The notes under the pieces were generated by a model, which was given only the letters and a program-made list of their open reading frames with translations, searched no databases and was not told the DNA's origin. Shown piece after piece: positions 58,355-64,000 of a DNA stretch of 64,000 nt; position 1 is the stretch's first letter, and each line of letters opens with the position of its first letter. The DNA lies in assembly GCA_947457395.1 (NCBI GenBank), contig CANGVA010000001.1:195687-259686 (forward strand), written 5' to 3'. The stretch is from Bacteroidota bacterium. Lineage in GTDB: Bacteria > Bacteroidota > Bacteroidia > UKL13-3. The translations under genes and the position numbers were made by a program.

Positions 58355-59119
58355 ATGAGAAAGAAAATAATTGCAGGCAACTGGAAAATGAACAAGTCCT
58401 TTGAGGAAGGTATGGCCCTTGTTACGGAAATATCGGGTATGTTAAAGGATGAATATAATGGAAGTGCAGAGGTAGTTATCATACCTCCTTTTACTCATAT
58501 AAATGCCATTAGCCGAATGCTTGCTGATGAGAAAAACATGTCAACCGGTGCGCAAAATTGCAGCAATCACGCAAGCGGTGCATATACCGGTGAGGTAAGT
58601 GCAGCCATGTTACAAAGTGTAGGTGCCAAATATGTCATCACCGGACACAGTGAACGAAGGCAATATTTTATGGAGCATAATGCATGGCTTGCGCAAAAAG
58701 TGAATGCCGTTCTATCTAATAAGCTAATCCCTATTTATTGCTGCGGAGAAACCTTGGAAGAGCGAGAAGCAAATAAGCATTTTGATATTTTGGAAACCCA
58801 AATAAGCGAAGGCTTATTTCATTTAACTGAAGCGCAGTTTGCGCAGGTGGTTATTGCGTACGAGCCAGTATGGGCTATTGGCACAGGTAAGACTGCAACA
58901 ACAGCACAGGCGCAGGAAGTTCATGCATTTATACGTAAACTTATTCATGCAAAATACGGAGAGGCTATAGCACAGAATACAACCATACAATATGGCGGAA
59001 GTGTGAAACCTGAAAATGCATCCGAACTGTTCTCAGCAGCGGATATTGATGGTGCATTGGTTGGTGGGGCCGCACTGCAAAGTCGCAGCTTTGTTGATAT
59101 TGTAAAAGCCATGCGATAA
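58355..59119 (+). CDS. tpiA: Triosephosphate isomerase
   Basis: IAGNWKMN, GAYTGEVS, GHSERR, AYEPVWAIGTG, YGGSV, DGALVGGA. Confidence 0.99.
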   Translation: MRKKIIAGNWKMNKSFEEGMALVTEISGMLKDEYNGSAEVVIIPPFTHINAISRMLADEKNMSTGAQNCSNHASGAYTGEVSAAMLQSVGAKYVITGHSERRQYFMEHNAWLAQKVNAVLSNKLIPIYCCGETLEEREANKHFDILETQISEGLFHLTEAQFAQVVIAYEPVWAIGTGKTATTAQAQEVHAFIRKLIHAKYGEAIAQNTTIQYGGSVKPENASELFSAADIDGALVGGAALQSRSFVDIVKAMR

Positions 59120-59140
59120 GCGCAAATGATTTATAGCGTG

Positions 59141-59167
59141 AGGGCTGCCTTAAAGGCGGCCTTTTTT
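59141..59167 (+). terminator. Intrinsic terminator after tpiA
   Basis: agggctgcct-taa-aggcggcc followed by a T run. Confidence 0.8.
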
Positions 59168-59272
59168 ATGGCTATACCCACAGTTTTTGCCAACCTTGGT
59201 GTGCAGAAATAAGCGGTGGTTTGATATCCTAACTTCATTTCTTTTCTTATTTTAGCCTTTTCATTATTGGCT

Positions 59273-62200
59273 ATGATCAAAAAAGCGGGTATCATTTTTA
59301 TGTTGATTTTCTGGGCTGCCTTTTCCAAGGCTCAATTGTCAACCGACCTAATACAGTTTAGTAACGACCTTGAAGATTTTATAAAAAAATCTGGCGGCAG
59401 CTCCGCACGTGATGCTGTTGATGAGTTTGTAGGTTATTACAACGCAGGGCGTTTCACCAATCCGCAAAAGATTCAAATCATACGCACATGCAATGAGATG
59501 ATAAACCGCCATACCCCCATGCCGGATTTTGAGAACTATTTACGCACCATAAACGGTATTTTTGAGAATAACCAGCAAAAAAAATTTGATAGCTGGCAAA
59601 AGGCTGCATATACAACTTTTTCAACCGGTGAGCCGGATGAATACCATGAATTCCTGCAAACGTCACGTAATATTTTTGCGGAGGGTATTGTGGCTCAGGT
59701 TGGCTCAATGAAGTGGATGAGCAGCAACCCGAATGTAGAGATGGAAACCAAAGGTGAGATTGGATTTGTGTTTAAGAATATTGATTTATTTTGCTACACC
59801 CAGGGCGATACTTTGGAGATTTACCGCACGTCCGGAAAGTATGTGCCTGCATTAAACTCATGGAAAGGCAGAGGAGGTAAGCTTGACTGGACCCGAGTAG
59901 CTATTGATAGTTCAAGCATGTTTGCTGAACTAAAGAGCTATGAAATTGATTTTGCTACAGGCTTTTTAAAGTCAGATTCGGCATTATTGAATTATCCTTT
60001 GCTGTTTGATAAGCCTTTACTAGGAAAGCTGGTTGATAGACCGATGGCCCAAAGTCAGGGCGAACGCTCCAACTATCCCCAGTTCATTTCTTATCAGCGT
60101 AATTTTTCCAAACTTAGTTTTGGTAAAGGAAAATTTACCGGATCCTTTGCCATGAAAGGGAAACGAATTAATGGTAAAGGTACCGATACGCTAAAGGCAG
60201 AGCTGTTGTTTACCTATAAAGATAAACCAACATTAAAGGTATTGGCCAATGACTTTGTTGTGAAGAATAATACAGTAGTTACAAACGAGGCCGCATTGGT
60301 TTTGTATCTCGATAAGGATTCTATTTATCACCCTCAGGTGCGTTTTAATTATCGTATTAATGATAATTTTATCAATATATACAGAAGTGAAGAGGGAATA
60401 AGTATGGCACCCTTTTATGATTCCTACCACAATGTTGAATTTTATTGTGACGAAATTAAATGGGATTTAACCAATCCTAAGATTGACATTGATATGGTTA
60501 ATGACAATGCACCTGCCAAATTTGAATCAATCAACTATTTCAGGGATATGAGGTATGAGAAGCAACAGGGAATACTAGCCTATAATCCGCTTAACCGAAT
60601 AAATTCATACTGTATAAAATTTAATGTAAAGGAGTTTTATGTTAACGATTATGCCGCAAACTTCAAAAGCAATCCGCAGGATATAGAGTTGCAGATGATA
60701 GATTTAAATGATAAGGGCTTTGTTGAGTATGATAAGAATAGAAAGTTTGTAAAGGTTAAACGCAAATTACAGGACTATGTAAATGCACATAACGGAAGAA
60801 CAGATTTTGATGCCATTGCGTTCTTCTCCATTATTAAGCGTATACCCAATGCAACAATTTCATTAATCAATAACGATTTACAAATTCAGGGGGTACCCAA
60901 ATTTTATTTTTCCGATTCACAAAATGTTTACATCATACCGCAGGATCAGGTGATCACACTTAAGAAAAATCGTGCCATGGATTTTTCAGGTAAGCTGCGC
61001 TCAGGGAAAGTTGATTTTTATGGAAACGGATTTTCATTTGATTATGTAAAATTTCAGGTGAGGCTTAATAACGTTGACTCCATGAAGTTCTTGTACAAGG
61101 ATGCAACCTTGGGTGCTGATATGCCAATAAAAAGTGCCATTGAGAATATTTATGGTACGCTTGCAATTGATCATCCGAATAACAAGAGCGGCAGAAAAAA
61201 ATATCCCGGTTATCCTATTTTCAAATCAGACATAGGTTCTAAGGTATTTTATAATAAGCCTAGCACGCAGAATGGGGTTTATGATAAAAACAGATTTTAT
61301 TTTGATGTAGATCCCTTTACCATGGATAGCTTAAATGACCTGAATCTGGAGGCATTGGCGTTAAGTGGCACATTTGTTTCAGGAGATATTGTACCCGATC
61401 TCAAATATAATCTATCATTACAACCCGATAAATCTCTTGGTTTTGTGCTAGATGGTCCGGAGGCAGGCTACCCTATGTATAGAGGCAAAGGGCGCGGATT
61501 TATTAGATTGTCATTGAGTGATGAAGGTTTATTTGGTAATGGGGAAATTAAATATTTATCCTCTACATCTAAATCAGATCAGTTTATACTGCTGCTTGAT
61601 TCAATGAATGCTCAGGTTAAAACATTCATAAACGATCGTACCGGTATCTATCCTACGGTTAAGGCAAATGAGGTATACGAACACTGGATGCCATATAATG
61701 ATTCCATGTATGTTCATAGCAGACAGGAGCCTATCAGTTTTTCTAAAAATAGAGCAACGCTTACAGGCACCTTGATGTTAACGCCAGACCGAACCGCTGC
61801 AGCTGGTAATATAGATGTAGAGCAGGCACAATTAAATTCTCGTAATTTCTGGTTGCAGCCGGATAATATTTTATCTGATACTGCTTACTTCCGCTATCGT
61901 TCCGTTGCTGACTCTGCTGTTTTTGCATTTGTATCAGGTGCAACCAAATGTAATGTTGACTTGGAAAATAGGATTTCCAATTTTGACTTCAATACATTTG
62001 ATCTCAATTCTGCATTTACATTTAATCAATATGCAGGATCATTTGCCCAATTCATCTGGTATATGGATCATAAGAAGCTGGATTTCCGTTCATACCTTCA
62101 TGCAGGTGAAGAGGTATCTTACCTGGTTTCTACTAACCCGCAGCAAGATTCCTTATTGTTTAAAACAGGTATCACAACTTTTGATGTTTCTGATTACACA

Positions 62201-63622
62201 CTCAGGCCCAGAAAAATTCCTTATATCAGTGTAGGTGATGCCAAAATATTTGTTGATAGCCAGAAGGTAGTTATTAGGCAGGCTGCTGATATGGACATAT
62301 TATACCGAGCCAGAATTGTTGCTGATAGTATGAATCGATTTCATAGTATTGAGAATGCAACCCTAAAAATAGGTGGTAAATTTATCTTAAGCGGGGTAGG
62401 TGATTATGAGTATATAGATCGTAAGAAAAATAAGCAGCTGTTCTATTTGCACGAAATAGGAATTAGCAGGGAGCACCATTTAATTGCTAAAACAAATATC
62501 CCTGACTCAATTAATTTTTATGTGGGCCCTAAAATATTATTCAGAGGTAACGCTAACCTAAAAAGTATAATCAAAAATTTGGAGTATGACGGGTTCTTCC
62601 TTGCTCAGCATAAAATGCCTATTCCCAAAACAGAATGGTTCCGCAATACTGCGGTAGTAAACCCGGACTCTGTTTTTATAAATGTAGCAGCACAAACCAC
62701 AAACCTTTCAAGGCAGGCCTTAATGGTAGGTGTAAATGTTTCAAATGATTCAACACACGTTTATCCACTGTTCTTTACGCGCAAACGCAATGGCTCAGAT
62801 CATGAACTTATGCGTGTAGAAGGAACATTGTTTTATGATGAAAAAACGAACGAGTTTAAAATGGGGGCTTATGATAAAATTTTTAAGGAGGCAACAAAAG
62901 GAAACATAATCGTACTGAATGAAGCTAAACAAAAGGTTACGTATGAAGGCAAATTTGAACTGGCTTTTAAAGGTAGCAAATTTGAGATAGGTGCCGCAGG
63001 ATCTGCAGTTTATTCGCTTGCTGATACCTCATTTAACATGAAACTGGTTGCGCTGCTTAATTTCCCATTTGCACAAAACGCCCTTCGCATCATGTACGAT
63101 TCTTTAACTGACCAGTCGTTAATGGCAGCACAACCGGAATTTAATCCGGAGTTTTTAACGAAGGCGCTTTCTGAACTGGTTGAAGAGAAAAATATTAAAC
63201 GTATTAACGAGGAAATTAATGAGAATAACAATATCCGTTTAATAAACGATTTGGAGAAAACCATTTTTATTTCTGATGTGCAGCTAAAGTGGAATCAAAC
63301 TACCCGCTCTTTTGTTTCTGTTGGCGAAATTGGCATCAACTCATTTGATAAGTACAAGTTTGAAAGAAAAATTAAGGGGATGATGGAAATTGTGAAACGT
63401 AGAAGTGGTGATGATTTTACTCTTTATCTTCAGTCTATGCAGGGTAGTTGGTATTTTTTCAAGTATCAGAAAGGTATTATGTATACAATAGCCTCAGATC
63501 CTATTTACAACAAGTATGTTAAAGATAATATTGATAAGGTATCTAAAGATGACTTCAAATTGAGGCTGGCTAATATTTCGGCACGCAACCAGTTTGTTAA
63601 AGCAATGAAAAATAAGCAATGA
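59273..63622 (+). CDS. Very large exported hypothetical protein (~1450 aa), beta-rich
   Basis: Long uninterrupted ORF; signal peptide MIKKAG..SKA|Q; no recognisable catalytic motif or T9SS CTD. Confidence 0.85.
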   Translation: MIKKAGIIFMLIFWAAFSKAQLSTDLIQFSNDLEDFIKKSGGSSARDAVDEFVGYYNAGRFTNPQKIQIIRTCNEMINRHTPMPDFENYLRTINGIFENNQQKKFDSWQKAAYTTFSTGEPDEYHEFLQTSRNIFAEGIVAQVGSMKWMSSNPNVEMETKGEIGFVFKNIDLFCYTQGDTLEIYRTSGKYVPALNSWKGRGGKLDWTRVAIDSSSMFAELKSYEIDFATGFLKSDSALLNYPLLFDKPLLGKLVDRPMAQSQGERSNYPQFISYQRNFSKLSFGKGKFTGSFAMKGKRINGKGTDTLKAELLFTYKDKPTLKVLANDFVVKNNTVVTNEAALVLYLDKDSIYHPQVRFNYRINDNFINIYRSEEGISMAPFYDSYHNVEFYCDEIKWDLTNPKIDIDMVNDNAPAKFESINYFRDMRYEKQQGILAYNPLNRINSYCIKFNVKEFYVNDYAANFKSNPQDIELQMIDLNDKGFVEYDKNRKFVKVKRKLQDYVNAHNGRTDFDAIAFFSIIKRIPNATISLINNDLQIQGVPKFYFSDSQNVYIIPQDQVITLKKNRAMDFSGKLRSGKVDFYGNGFSFDYVKFQVRLNNVDSMKFLYKDATLGADMPIKSAIENIYGTLAIDHPNNKSGRKKYPGYPIFKSDIGSKVFYNKPSTQNGVYDKNRFYFDVDPFTMDSLNDLNLEALALSGTFVSGDIVPDLKYNLSLQPDKSLGFVLDGPEAGYPMYRGKGRGFIRLSLSDEGLFGNGEIKYLSSTSKSDQFILLLDSMNAQVKTFINDRTGIYPTVKANEVYEHWMPYNDSMYVHSRQEPISFSKNRATLTGTLMLTPDRTAAAGNIDVEQAQLNSRNFWLQPDNILSDTAYFRYRSVADSAVFAFVSGATKCNVDLENRISNFDFNTFDLNSAFTFNQYAGSFAQFIWYMDHKKLDFRSYLHAGEEVSYLVSTNPQQDSLLFKTGITTFDVSDYTLRPRKIPYISVGDAKIFVDSQKVVIRQAADMDILYRARIVADSMNRFHSIENATLKIGGKFILSGVGDYEYIDRKKNKQLFYLHEIGISREHHLIAKTNIPDSINFYVGPKILFRGNANLKSIIKNLEYDGFFLAQHKMPIPKTEWFRNTAVVNPDSVFINVAAQTTNLSRQALMVGVNVSNDSTHVYPLFFTRKRNGSDHELMRVEGTLFYDEKTNEFKMGAYDKIFKEATKGNIIVLNEAKQKVTYEGKFELAFKGSKFEIGAAGSAVYSLADTSFNMKLVALLNFPFAQNALRIMYDSLTDQSLMAAQPEFNPEFLTKALSELVEEKNIKRINEEINENNNIRLINDLEKTIFISDVQLKWNQTTRSFVSVGEIGINSFDKYKFERKIKGMMEIVKRRSGDDFTLYLQSMQGSWYFFKYQKGIMYTIASDPIYNKYVKDNIDKVSKDDFKLRLANISARNQFVKAMKNKQ

Positions 63623-64000
63623 TAACTACCGTAATTTGTTTTTTGGCAGCCTATCTGTTTGGCTCTATCCCATCTGCAGTATGGATTGGTAAAGGTTTTT
63701 ATAATATCGATGTAAGGCAGCATGGCAGCGGTAATGCAGGCGCTACCAATACGTTAAGGGTGTTGGGCAAAAAAGCCGGTTTTATTGTGTTGGGCTTGGA
63801 TGCACTAAAAGGTTATGCTGCAGCATCACTTGCCGCATTTATACTACCCGAAATAACAGATCAAAATCAGCTGCTGATATACAAAATGCTACTTGGTTTT
63901 GTTGCTGTAATTGGACATGTTTACCCAATATTTGCAGGTTTTAAGGGTGGTAAAGGCATAGCAACCCTGCTGGGTATTGTTATTGCATTAAATTACTGGT
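63619..64000 (+). CDS. plsY: Glycerol-3-phosphate acyltransferase PlsY (5' part, runs off window; absent from the ORF track)
   Basis: Translated by hand: MITTVICFLAAYLFGSIPSAVWIGK..DVRQHGSGNAGATNTLRVLG..DALKG..GHVYPIFAGFKGGKGIAT. Confidence 0.95.
   Translation, partial: MITTVICFLAAYLFGSIPSAVWIGKGFYNIDVRQHGSGNAGATNTLRVLGKKAGFIVLGLDALKGYAAASLAAFILPEITDQNQLLIYKMLLGFVAVIGHVYPIFAGFKGGKGIATLLGIVIALNYW

Noticed and set aside
59131-59328. 65-aa minus-strand ORF between tpiA and the giant gene
   Set aside because: Spans the tpiA terminator and the next signal-peptide region; no protein-like features.

Overview
Bacteroidota chromosomal segment, identified from T9SS genes, many TAnnTTTG -7 promoter boxes and typical gene neighbourhoods. 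Most of it is housekeeping: an OmpR/TPR-kinase two-component pair, menI-menF, ruvA-sprA, gmhA-dsbD, GH73-LysM autolysin, thrC-like, glmS, DAHP synthase, panC, lutB, pyrR-like, rpmE2, glmU-like, tpiA and a partial plsY. It is rich in type IX secretion, with the SprA translocon plus five CTD-bearing cargo genes. I saw no rRNA, tRNA, CRISPR array, integrase or transposase. I cannot demonstrate a new biological system from sequence alone. The best candidates are: (i) two AT-rich cassettes, each with a small XRE regulator divergent from T9SS cargo; one has a perfect 18-bp operator-like palindrome and an 8 x 159-bp tandem-repeat stalk, the other a 14-Cys orphan protein; (ii) a ~1450-aa beta-rich exported protein of unknown function whose stop overlaps the plsY start; (iii) a TTAAGA-N5-TTAAGA-like motif shared by the response-regulator upstream region and the promoter of a large T9SS cargo gene; (iv) several apparent pseudo-enzymes. 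All family calls come from motif recognition, not database searches.
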